A stretch of 64,000 nucleotides of DNA from Planctomycetota bacterium (lineage in GTDB: Bacteria > Planctomycetota > PLA2 > JAEUHO01): the NCBI GenBank assembly GCA_050248855.1, contig JBFWRP010000025.1, positions 1 to 64,000 of the forward strand, in the 5' to 3' direction. Shown here piece after piece: positions 49,210 to 58,600 of the stretch. Numbering within the stretch: the stretch's first letter is position 1; every line of letters starts with the position of its first letter. A model generated the notes under the pieces. That model did no database searches and had not been told where the DNA came from. It saw only the letters and a list, made by a program, of their open reading frames with translations. Made by a program: the position numbers and the translations under genes.

Positions 49210-49716
49210 GTGACAGCCACGAACGAACGGGAGGCGACCGAGCGCTGGGAAGCGCTGAACTGGCAGAAGGTCACGCTCACGAAGACCAGAAGTGGCGGCC
49301 GGCCCTTTCGCGTCGCCGATGCGCCCCGCGGCCCAGGGGTCTACCGGATCACATGGGTAGGCCCGGAGTGGTCTGTACTCACGGGGGAGGTCCATCAATC
49401 GGTGGCAGGGTGTCCGGATCGGGCTGGAATCCGACTCCAGGATCTTCGCCCACCCGTACTACTGATGGTCGGGATGGCGACTCGGCTCCCTTCACGACTC
49501 AGTGCCCAGATGGGCACCAACCCCGAGGTGAATACGCTGTTTCTGCGACTCCGATCTAGCGTCCCGGAGGACGTCCCTAGTCACGAGGTGCGCAGTCTTG
49601 CCCAGCGCAACCTCTTGATTGAGTGCGCCCAGCTGGAAAATCCCACCGATCGTGGGATGGCGGTCGAGTACGCCAGCCGATCACTCAAGCCTCTCTTTCA
49701 AGCAGAGGGGACATAG
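49210..49716 (+). CDS. Hypothetical protein with degenerate GIY-YIG-like motifs
   Basis: PGVYRI ... LLMVGMATRLPSRL resembles GVY...YVG.A..L..R; GTG start after GGAGG. Confidence 0.5.
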   Translation: MTATNEREATERWEALNWQKVTLTKTRSGGRPFRVADAPRGPGVYRITWVGPEWSVLTGEVHQSVAGCPDRAGIRLQDLRPPVLLMVGMATRLPSRLSAQMGTNPEVNTLFLRLRSSVPEDVPSHEVRSLAQRNLLIECAQLENPTDRGMAVEYASRSLKPLFQAEGT

Positions 49717-49811
49717 CGATCCACCACCATTGGACACGGAGGTCCGCATCCTCAGATCCTCGCGAAGTCCATATGCTTCGCCATCAAGGGACGCCCGGAG
49801 AATCGACAACC

Positions 49812-50939
49812 ATGAGCGATCCCAAGGGGCCGATTTCAGCGAGCACAGGCAGTCCTGCAGTCGCGCCCAAGCCCGTCGCCCTCGAATTCTTCGCGGGGAG
49901 TGGACTAGTCGCGGAAGCGCTGCGTCCCTTCTTCAGCATCGTTTGGGCGAACGACATCTGCGAGAAGAAGACCGCCACCTACCTAGCGAACCACCGCCCG
50001 CCGACCTTCCACGTTGGGAGCATCGAACACGTCTCCGGCCGAACGCTGCCCGCGGCCGCGCTCGCATGGGCGAGCTTCCCGTGCCAGGACCTCTCCCTTG
50101 CCGGCAATCTGCATGGCATCGAGAGCGCGCGCAGCGGACTGGTCTGGCAATGGCTCCGCGTCCTCGTCGAGATGCCGAAGCGTCCGCGGCTCCTCGTCGC
50201 GGAGAACGTCCTTGGATTCGTGTCCGCCTCAGGCGGCACCTACTACCGCGCGGTGCATGAGCGCCTAACTGAGCTCGGCTACCGAGTCGGTGCCGTAGTA
50301 CTCGACGCCGCTAACTGGCTCCCACAGTCGAGGCCTCGCGTGTTTGTCATCGCGGTGAACTCCGATGATACCCTTACGGACGTTGAGACGCGCGGCCCGA
50401 CATGGTGCCATCCGGTCGCGATTCAGAGGGCGGCTGCGCTCGTCCGGAGCTTTGCTTGGTGGCGCATCCCGGAACCGAGCACCGCACCAAAAACTCTTTC
50501 TTCTATCATCGACTTCGATGCGCCCACGGACGCGCCGGGAAAGGCGAAGCACAACCTCGCGCTCATCCCCCCGCGGCATCGAGCGCGAATGCACGAGGCC
50601 GTGAACGGTAAGAGTACAGTCTTCCCCGGTTACAAGCGCACGCGAGGCGGCAAACAGGTTTTGGAACTTCGCTTTGACGGCATCGCCGGGTGCCTTCGGA
50701 CTCCCCGAGGGGGAAGCTCGCGGCAGGTCCTCGTGCTCTACAAGAAGGGGCGCTTCGAGACGCGGCTCCTGACGGTGCGAGAAGCTGCTCGCCTCATGGG
50801 AGTTCGAGACTCCTTCCGCATCATTGGTTCATATAACGACGGATATAGGGCGATGGGCGATGCGGTCGCTGTGCCGGCAGTTCGCCATCTTGCACGCCAC
50901 TTACTCTTCCCGCTCTCGCGGAGAACGGAGAACCGATGA
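49812..50939 (+). CDS. C5-cytosine DNA methyltransferase
   Basis: Motif I EFFAGSG, IV SFPCQDLS, VI ENV, VIII QSRPRVF, IX R.LTVREAARLMG, X GDAV. Confidence 0.93.
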   Translation: MSDPKGPISASTGSPAVAPKPVALEFFAGSGLVAEALRPFFSIVWANDICEKKTATYLANHRPPTFHVGSIEHVSGRTLPAAALAWASFPCQDLSLAGNLHGIESARSGLVWQWLRVLVEMPKRPRLLVAENVLGFVSASGGTYYRAVHERLTELGYRVGAVVLDAANWLPQSRPRVFVIAVNSDDTLTDVETRGPTWCHPVAIQRAAALVRSFAWWRIPEPSTAPKTLSSIIDFDAPTDAPGKAKHNLALIPPRHRARMHEAVNGKSTVFPGYKRTRGGKQVLELRFDGIAGCLRTPRGGSSRQVLVLYKKGRFETRLLTVREAARLMGVRDSFRIIGSYNDGYRAMGDAVAVPAVRHLARHLLFPLSRRTENR

Positions 50940-51862
50940 CGCTCGGGGGCCAACTGCGAGCGTTCGCAGACGCGCACAGAATGCGCGATAAGGGAGCGCT
51001 CTGCGTTGCTCTTGTCGTCACGCGACACGCGAAGGCGCGAGGCCTCCCGCTGAAACCCGAAGAACTACGAACGAAGGGTAAGGGCCAGGTGCTCGGCCTT
51101 GGGAAGGCAGCCGTTCAGGGCATCCTCAAGGATCACGGCATTACCCGCGTGCTCGCCGAAGAGGGAGGTCGTACGAGCCGGGGAAGCCTCGGCAACATGG
51201 AGACCTACGTCGCATTCCTGAACAAGCTCACGGGCAAGGGCACCTCCCTCGACCTCGACCAAGTCGAGATGTGGTGGGTCGATCGAGTGAAAGAGTTCTT
51301 CGCGAGCAAGCCCTTCGTACTTCGGTTCGACTCCTCGAAATCGCTGCGCGCCATCATCCGCGACCTGCTTGCCCAGGCGCTCGCGCGCCAGCGCGAAGCT
51401 CCCGGCACTATGTACGTGGGGGCGCTTCTCCAGCATCTTGTCGGCGCGAAACTCGATATCGTACTCGGCGGCATAGAGCACCATGGCTCATCCGTCGCCG
51501 ATGGCGTCTCCGGGCGCTCCGCGGACTTCCTCGTTGGGGACACCGCCATCCATGTCACCACGTCGCCGGGAGAGGCACTTCTGCGGAAATGCGTTCGCAA
51601 TCTGGACAGTTCGCTTCGACCGCTTGTCGTCACGCTCAGCGATCAGGTCGCGGTGGCCGAAGGACTCGCGAAGCAGGCATTCATTGCGGATCGCCTCGAT
51701 GTACTCGACGCAGAGCAGTTTCTCGCCGGCAACCTCTTCGAACACGGCCGATTCGAACTGGCGGGCAGGATGACGACGGCCGGCGCACTGATCGAGAAGT
51801 ACAACGCGGTCGTCGCTGCGCATGAGACCGATCCGAGCCTTCGCGTCAGACTGGCGACTTGA
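50936..51862 (+). CDS. DUF4928-like protein (putative endonuclease partner of the MTase)
   Basis: GQVLGLG, LAEEGGRTSRGS, QHLVGAKL, ADFLVGDTAIHVT and ETDPSL motifs; ATGA-coupled to the MTase. Confidence 0.75.
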   Translation: MTLGGQLRAFADAHRMRDKGALCVALVVTRHAKARGLPLKPEELRTKGKGQVLGLGKAAVQGILKDHGITRVLAEEGGRTSRGSLGNMETYVAFLNKLTGKGTSLDLDQVEMWWVDRVKEFFASKPFVLRFDSSKSLRAIIRDLLAQALARQREAPGTMYVGALLQHLVGAKLDIVLGGIEHHGSSVADGVSGRSADFLVGDTAIHVTTSPGEALLRKCVRNLDSSLRPLVVTLSDQVAVAEGLAKQAFIADRLDVLDAEQFLAGNLFEHGRFELAGRMTTAGALIEKYNAVVAAHETDPSLRVRLAT

Positions 51863-51895
51863 GACGATCCCCCCGAAGTGGAGGACGGAAAGGCC

Positions 51896-52310
51896 GTGGC
51901 CGATCAGTTCACACAGGAGAATCTCAGGGACATCTTGCGGCGCGTTCACGCTGCGGACACGGGGGGCGGTGCGTACGCGCCATACTACGCGAGTTGGGAT
52001 ACACGAAGCGTTTGAACGCTCGCGACTTTCCGGGCGGGCCCGACCGAGTCATACCCTGGGCTCGCGCCGCTGCCTTCGTCCATGGGTGATTCTGGCACCA
52101 GCGCCGATGCCGTCGCGGCAAGCGGCGACCATCGAGTAGCATGAGTCACTAGAGGCTGCCGATCGGGCGGAACGGCCGGCGCGACCGTCAGCGACTACGT
52201 GAAGTTCGCGCACGCGCCTGGCGGTGTCTCGTCGTTGAGGAGTGCGAGATCATCATCTCGGAAGCGAGACTTCGGCGGAGACTTCGCACATTCATCGGTC
52301 GCGGCCCCCG
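51896..52310 (+). pseudogene. vsr: Very short patch repair endonuclease (Vsr) pseudogene
   Basis: VADQFT...DTG; frameshift near the G-run at 51961; PGGPD...FVHG*FWH (TGA 52087); H* (TAG 52150); RN..RD...WRCLVVEECE. Confidence 0.82.
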
Positions 52311-52367
52311 GCGGATCCCGCGGAGCTCGATGCGAAGCCGATCCGATGTCGAGCCAGGTGCGGGGCG

Positions 52368-52970
52368 CTACTCTTCCGCGTCGGCAGCTTCGGCGTCGGG
52401 ATCGCCGCGCAGACTCTCGAAGTACCGCGTCAACCTCTGGAAGTGCGCGCAGAGCGAACGAAGGACGTGCGGCGCGTCCTTCACGACGAGGAAGTAATCG
52501 AGTAGGTCCCCGAAGTGCTTGGCCTGTCGCGTGAGCCGCAGTTCCGTGCGCCGCCTCGTGGCGATCTCTGAATCCGGCAGCATCTGCGCCCTTGTCGGCT
52601 CCGGGATCGCGAAGTCCGGCACGTATCTCGCCGGCACGAAGCCGTTCATCAGCGACGACAGGGCGTCAAACTCGTGGAACAGGTGGGACTCCAGCACGGC
52701 AATGTGCTGCTGCGGCACCGCCCAGCACAGGACGAAGGCCACCTCCCAGATGTCGATCATCCGGTTCCCGATGATGTCGCTGCGGGCGCTCGTCAGGTGC
52801 CGACTGATTCGCCCCCTCATGCTGTCGATGGACTGCCCGACGTAGATCGGCTTGGCGTCGAGGTCGCACAGCGCGTAAACGCCGATGGCCGTCGGTAACG
52901 TCTTCACCGCCGCCTTCCGCCATCGGATGAGGTCGATGGGCTCGTCTACGGCGGTCGCCTCCTGCGCCAT
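52368..52970 (-). CDS. GIY-YIG nuclease family protein
   Basis: IGVYALCDLD..PIYVGQS...R...H motif; conserved E in LESHL. Confidence 0.82.
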   Translation of the reverse strand: MAQEATAVDEPIDLIRWRKAAVKTLPTAIGVYALCDLDAKPIYVGQSIDSMRGRISRHLTSARSDIIGNRMIDIWEVAFVLCWAVPQQHIAVLESHLFHEFDALSSLMNGFVPARYVPDFAIPEPTRAQMLPDSEIATRRRTELRLTRQAKHFGDLLDYFLVVKDAPHVLRSLCAHFQRLTRYFESLRGDPDAEAADAEE

Positions 52971-53075
52971 GGTGCAAATCTACTCGCGCCCGGGTCGCAG
53001 TACCAGCCGCGGACGGAGGTTTGCCGGCGCGATCCACTGAACCGCCAGGACATACACGGTTGTCCCCCCTCCTCC

Positions 53076-53360
53076 CTACCTTGCCAACACTGCGACCCAT
53101 GCGGCCGCCGCCGTCCCGACGACCCAGGCCACGATGCCCCACTTGAGCCGGTGCTCGCCGACGGCGGCGAAGAGGCGCATCACGCGCTCCTCCAGAGCGT
53201 CGACCCGGGCCTCGACCTCGGCCGCCTGCTTGCGGGCGTCGGTGACGGACTGGGTCGCCCACTGGTCGTGGCGCCCGGCCCAGTCCTCGATCCGCCGGAG
53301 CCGGCGCGCCGGATCGTTGGACTCGGCCTGGGCGAAGCGCGGCCCACGCTCGTAGCTCAC
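53076..53360 (-). CDS. Small phage membrane protein (XhlA/holin-like)
   Basis: Coiled coil followed by one C-terminal TM helix; last gene of the phage late operon; GTGA-coupled. Confidence 0.6.
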   Translation of the reverse strand: MSYERGPRFAQAESNDPARRLRRIEDWAGRHDQWATQSVTDARKQAAEVEARVDALEERVMRLFAAVGEHRLKWGIVAWVVGTAAAAWVAVLAR

Positions 53361-54115
53361 GTGCCCTTGGGCACGCCCGCCGTGAGGAGGGCGGCCTCCA
53401 GCGCGTCGATGCGCGAGGGTGCGTCGGTGAGCCGGTGCTCCGGTTCGAGCTTCCCGCCGCTGCCCACGAACGGGGCGTCGTCCTGGCGGGCGACGACCTC
53501 GCGGCTCTCGCGCTTGGCCTCCTCGAGGACGGCCTTCGCATCGCGCTTCCGCTTCTCGTTCAGGACGAGCAGGAGGCCCGTGCTCAGCGCCCAGGAGATC
53601 AGGCCCCAGGGCGAGGTGTCCTTCGGCCCCTCGACGTCGAGCCCGTGGCCTTCGGCATCGCGCCAGGCCTGCTCTGCCTTCGCAAGCCGGTCGTTGGCAG
53701 CAGTGACGCGCGCGGAGAAGTCGTCCGTCCAGGCACGCGCGCGCTCCGCACGGTAGCGAGCCTGCGTTGCTTCGGCTGCGGCCTCCGTTGCGCGACGCCG
53801 CGCGCGATCGAGATCCTCCTGCGTGGCCTCGCCGGCGGCGACACGGCGCTCAAGGTCGGCGACGGACTCGGCAGCCGCAGCGCGCGCGGCCTCGGCCTCC
53901 GCTGCGAGGTGGGCCGCCTCCTGGGTCTGCTCCTCGGCGGCCGCGACCTCGGCCTGGGCGGCCTCGATCTGCCGGGCGACCGCGGGGTCCGGCAGCGGGA
54001 CGGCGGGCTTCAGCCCGACGCCGAGTTCGACCCCCTGGCAGGCGGCGAGGCCGGCCAGGAGAACGACTGCGAATCCGGCGTAGCGGGAGCCCAAGGCGGC
54101 GCGCAGCGCGCTCAC
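53357..54115 (-). CDS. Phage lipoprotein with coiled coil and distal TM helix (spanin-like)
   Basis: LAGLAAC lipobox; Ala/Glu/Arg helical region; PWGLISWALSTGLLLVL TM followed by KRKR. Confidence 0.65.
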   Translation of the reverse strand: MSALRAALGSRYAGFAVVLLAGLAACQGVELGVGLKPAVPLPDPAVARQIEAAQAEVAAAEEQTQEAAHLAAEAEAARAAAAESVADLERRVAAGEATQEDLDRARRRATEAAAEATQARYRAERARAWTDDFSARVTAANDRLAKAEQAWRDAEGHGLDVEGPKDTSPWGLISWALSTGLLLVLNEKRKRDAKAVLEEAKRESREVVARQDDAPFVGSGGKLEPEHRLTDAPSRIDALEAALLTAGVPKGT

Positions 54116-54453
54116 GGCTGCCCCCCGTCGCCCAGCGTGGGTGCCTCGGGCGCGGCCGGCGGGACGGCGGGTACCTCCCCGAGCCGGCACGCCCCGCCCA
54201 CGCAGGGCGCGTCCTGAGCGCCCCGAGGCTTCCCGGCGTGGGCGGGCTCGGCCGCCTTGCCAGTGCGGAGCCCGTACCGGCCCAGATCGAACCGGGCGGC
54301 ACAGCCAACGCCGTCCTCGGGGCCGGCAAAGACGCGGGCGCCGCCACCCACACCGGGCTGCAGGTCGAGGGCGCTCGACGGGCCGGGGCCGGACTGACAG
54401 GCAGAGAGCAGAACGAGTGCGCAGAGCGCGAGAAGGGAAACCAGCAGGCGCAT
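54112..54453 (-). CDS. Small Pro-rich phage lipoprotein
   Basis: MRLLVSLLALCALVLLSAC lipobox; Pro-rich C-terminus; GGAGG RBS. Confidence 0.65.
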   Translation of the reverse strand: MRLLVSLLALCALVLLSACQSGPGPSSALDLQPGVGGGARVFAGPEDGVGCAARFDLGRYGLRTGKAAEPAHAGKPRGAQDAPCVGGACRLGEVPAVPPAAPEAPTLGDGGQP

Positions 54454-54537
54454 GGCGAAGCCTCCGTGGGGGGCTGCGCGCCGCTGGAGTGGCGCTCTTG
54501 GATGTGCGGGCCAGGATACCACCCGGGGGCCCCGCGG

Positions 54538-55134
54538 TCAGTCCCGCAGAACCTCCTCGAGGGCGAACTCGTAGCGGCCAAAGCGCTTCGTGACGCCCTG
54601 GTACGTGGGCGGATCGGACAGGCGTACGAGGCGCAGGCCTCGGTAGGTCGCGGCGACGGCAGCAGCGGGCGCGGGCGGCGCGGCGAACGTCACCGTCCGC
54701 GCCGTTGTGTCCACACTCGCCACCGCGGCGGGCACGCCGACGGCGTAGCCCACGACCGTGCCCAGCTTCGGGTACCAGCGGAAGTCCGGGCTCGACTCGG
54801 CCGTGGGAAGGCTGAACGTGACCCGCGCCCCATCGCCCACCGCCGGATCCAGCGCGACGAGCTCGCGCAAGGGGTCGCGCGGATCCTCGACGAGGAACGC
54901 CTCGCGCAGGATCCCCCGCGCCTGCAGGAACGCCTCCCACGCCACGCGCTGCGCCTCGGTCAGGCCCGCCGGCCAGCGGTAGCGGCGCCGTGTGCAGGCG
55001 AAGATCTCGACGCGCTCCGTCTGCCCCGGAGCCTTCTCGCCCAGGACCTCGACGAACGGCTCGTCGGTGAACTCGTAGTCCACCCACGGCTCGCGGCCGT
55101 CGGTCGCCCCGTCGTTGAAGACCGCGTAGGCCAC
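54538..55134 (-). CDS. Phage tail-associated protein (DUF2460/distal-tail-like)
   Basis: FLQARG...FLVEDP, GDGARVTF and VTFAAPPA motifs; position in the tail module. Confidence 0.6.
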   Translation of the reverse strand: MAYAVFNDGATDGREPWVDYEFTDEPFVEVLGEKAPGQTERVEIFACTRRRYRWPAGLTEAQRVAWEAFLQARGILREAFLVEDPRDPLRELVALDPAVGDGARVTFSLPTAESSPDFRWYPKLGTVVGYAVGVPAAVASVDTTARTVTFAAPPAPAAAVAATYRGLRLVRLSDPPTYQGVTKRFGRYEFALEEVLRD

Positions 55135-55138
55135 GGCG

Positions 55139-55576
55139 TCACGCCGCGATCAGCGTGATCGTGCAGGAGGCCTTGAGCGCGTCGCCGGCGGTCTTGTTGA
55201 TGGCGGGGAAGGTCTTCCGATTGAACATGTTCCCCGCGGCCGGGTCGTCGAAGAGCCCGACCTCGGTGATGGCGCCCGTCCCTACGCCGGCCGGGAACGT
55301 GTGGTCCACCGTGCAGACGCCCGTGCCGCCCGGCGTGTAGGCGACGGCATCGCGGGCGGCCTCGGTCCCGAGCGCCACGTCCACCGGCGTCTCCGCGACC
55401 GCACCGGTCCCGATGGCCACGAAGCCGAACACGGGCGCGGCCGTCGCCGGGTTGAAGAGCCGGTCCTTCGCCTGCTCGAGCCCCGCGTTCACGATCAGGT
55501 TCTTGAAGCGGCGGCGCGCCTTCACCGCGCCGTCGGGACCGAGGATCACGAGGTCCCACTCGGCACGCAGGGCCAT
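55139..55576 (-). CDS. Phage tail fibre/baseplate-associated small protein
   Basis: KNLIVNAG, AIGTG, ITEVGLF and FPAINKT pattern typical of phage tail proteins. Confidence 0.7.
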   Translation of the reverse strand: MALRAEWDLVILGPDGAVKARRRFKNLIVNAGLEQAKDRLFNPATAAPVFGFVAIGTGAVAETPVDVALGTEAARDAVAYTPGGTGVCTVDHTFPAGVGTGAITEVGLFDDPAAGNMFNRKTFPAINKTAGDALKASCTITLIAA

Positions 55577-55697
55577 GGGACGTTCGGTGCGGGGAGACGG
55601 AATCCAGCGGGAGGGAGAGGGCATCGAAGCCTCCTCTCGCTCGACCGGCTGGAGACGCGGGCGCGCGAAGACAGGGGAATGATAAGCGACGGGTCGG

Positions 55698-58600
55698 TCA
55701 GGGGTTGAGGACCATGTCCCAGGCCTCGGCGACCTCAAGCGACTCGTCGATCTGCTTCGTGACGTCGAGCACCCACGCCTCATCGAGGCCCAGCGCGTCG
55801 AACTCGACGACGCCGGGGTTGAGCTCGAGGTCCCACGACTCGGTCACCTGCAGCGACTCGGTGAGCGACTTCGTGACCTCCATGGCCCAGACGTCCATCG
55901 CGAGGAAGCGCTCGACGGGCTGGGCGTGGTTCGTGCGCCAGTCCTCGGAGGCCTCCATGCTCTCCTTCGTGAGGAGCGCGTAGCCGCCCTCGACGACGGC
56001 GACCTCGACGCCGATGCCGAGCAGGTTGAGTCCCATGTTGGGCGGTGCGGTGCCGCCGCCAGGCGTGTAGACCGCGGACACGGCGATGTCGCTGGGCTTG
56101 CGAAGCCCCGGGGTGACGTAGCCCCCGGGATAGAGGAACAGGGCCGTCCCTTGGCCAGTGCCGTCTGCCACAGGCACGTTCTGCGGCGCGCCGGGCGTCG
56201 GCGGGCCCCAGGGCGAGGCCTTCCAGGCCACGTCGATCTGGACCTGGTAGGTGGTCCCGGGCGGGAGCGGCGCGCCCATGCTCGCCTCCTCGCCGAAGGA
56301 GGCCCACAGCCCCACCCGGCCCCGGGCGTAGGGCGGGATCGGGAGCGTGCCGCCGGCGCCGGCCGGGAGTCCCATGCCGGTGGCGTTCAGCAGCATGCCC
56401 TCGTGGTCGAAGCCGAAGGGGTTGAGCGCGGGCGTGGGCGTCACTGCGCCGGGGAAGCGGATGTCGGCCGTCATGGCGACGGGGTCGATCTGCTTGTGGA
56501 TGACCGAGGCGCTCGCGAGGAACTCGGTCGACCCTCCCGGCCCCGAGGTGTCCCACACGTAGGAGCCCCCGTTCGTGCCTGCGCCCGGGCCCACCTCCGA
56601 GACGCGCATCAGCAGCATCTCGGGCGTGCGCACGCGCCAGAGCATCTCGGCGTCGGCGCCGAGGTCGTTCATCGGGCCCTGGAACACGAGCCCGCCGGGA
56701 TCCTCGAAGGACTGCGGCACGGGACGCAACCACGGGTTGGCCGCGCCTGCGACGCGCATCAACGAAGCGAGATCGGCGGGCGCGCCGTCCGGGTAGCCGT
56801 CCCCGATCTCGCCGGGGGCGAGCAGCGCCTCGGCGACCTGGTCCTCGACGCGCCCAAGCGCACGCGCGAGCTCGCGGGCCATCCCGAGCAGTTGGTGCTG
56901 TGTCGAACCGTGGCCCAGCATCGATAGCGGCGCGCGTTGGTTCGGGAGGCTCCGGGCGCTCGTGAACGTCGTCCACAGGCCCGTGGGCGCGCCGTCGGCA
57001 CCGAGCGCGGAGTACTCGACACCGGGGGGGCCGTCGTACCCCATGGCCCCGTCCTCGCGCTTTCGGAACGCGAAGCCGCCGCGCCGGTAGATCTCCCGGG
57101 GCGGGCGCCCGTCGAGCGCGGCGTTGGTCACGATCTGCCCGCCGTAGCGGCCCCGGTCGCCGTTGTTGCCGGGGGCCGGACCCTGGAAGGGGATGTCCGG
57201 GTTCGCGTGCGAACGCAGCACGGGCCCGTCGATGGCCTGCTTCGCGGCCGGCCCGTCGCGCCCGGGCACGGCGATGTTGGCGCCCGGGTTGTCCGCGTGC
57301 GGCCCGATCGAGAGCTCCTCGTCGAGCCAGGTGCGGAGCCCTTGGTGCGTGATGTTGCGGACCTTGTCGGCGTCGTCCTGCTCGACCGAGACGACGCGGC
57401 GCACCTGCTCGTTGATGATCGTGACGTCGCAGGCGTCGATCGGGCCCTTCTGCACGCCGCCGATCCGGTCCTCCGGCTTCGTGAGCAGGCAGTTTCGGAA
57501 GTCCTCGACGTCCTTGATCATGCGCGCGGCCTTCTTCAGCACGCGCGCCTCGCTGAAGGCCTTCGAGATGTCGATGCCCTCGAAGGCCATCCAGCCGCTG
57601 GCGGTCCCCGCCTCGAGCACGGTCCGGTTCCCGAGCACGTCCCATGTGACCTTGAAGACCTGGAGGTCGGTCGAGGCCTCGAACTGCGTGGTGCGTAGCG
57701 CCGAGGAGAGCGTGATGCGCTTGGACATGCCGGCCCAGCGCGCGGTCGAGGCGGGCTGCATCGCGTCCGGGGGCGCCGCCTTCCAGGGCGTGGCGACCCC
57801 GACCTCGAACAGGTACTGCTTCTGGCTCTTGACGTCGAGGATCGCCTTCGCGGCCTTGCGAAGCCCTACCTCCTGCTCCATGTCCACGAAGTCGGGATCG
57901 TCCACGATGTAGGTCTGGGTGCAGCGCCAGTCGTCGTCGTAGGGCTCGCCGGCGCCGTCCCACACCGCCGGGTCGTCGCTGAACGCAGGCCCGTGGAACG
58001 CGGGGCGATCGTCCACGTCGGGCGGCTCGGCAAACCACGCAGCCTCGGCCTCCGTGACGGGGACCTCGATCTCGATGTCCACGAGCGGCATCTGCGAGGG
58101 GCGGTTCGTGTTGCCGGGGACGCACGCGCTCGTGGGCGGCGAGCCCCCGGCGGGCGGGAGGAAGTTCACGAGCCCGATCGAGGGCTTGGGCTTCTCCGAG
58201 ATCTTGATCGTCGTGTCGCACCAGCCCGCGCTTCGCTGCATCTGGTTCGGCACGTTCACCCGGTACTGGTACTCCTCCGAGTGGACGATCCCGTCCTCGC
58301 CCTTCGTGAAGGCGGTCGCGCGACCGCAGAAGCCGTGCTGCCAGAGGTTGTTGATCTTGAGGCCCGATGCCGCGCTCGGGTAGCCACAGATGTAGGTGGG
58401 CCCCGCGTAGTAGAAGCCGCGCCCGACGCCTTGAGCCGACAGCTCGGCGAGCGCGTCCTTGGACAGCAGGTTGAGGGTGTACGGGGTCCCCGCGGGCGGC
58501 GGCGTGCCCCCGCCCCAAGACGGCGGCGAGAGCCAGAAGCGCGTGGAGGAGTGCGTGACCACAAGCCGGAGATGCCCGTCGTCGTTCGTGCAGACCGCGC

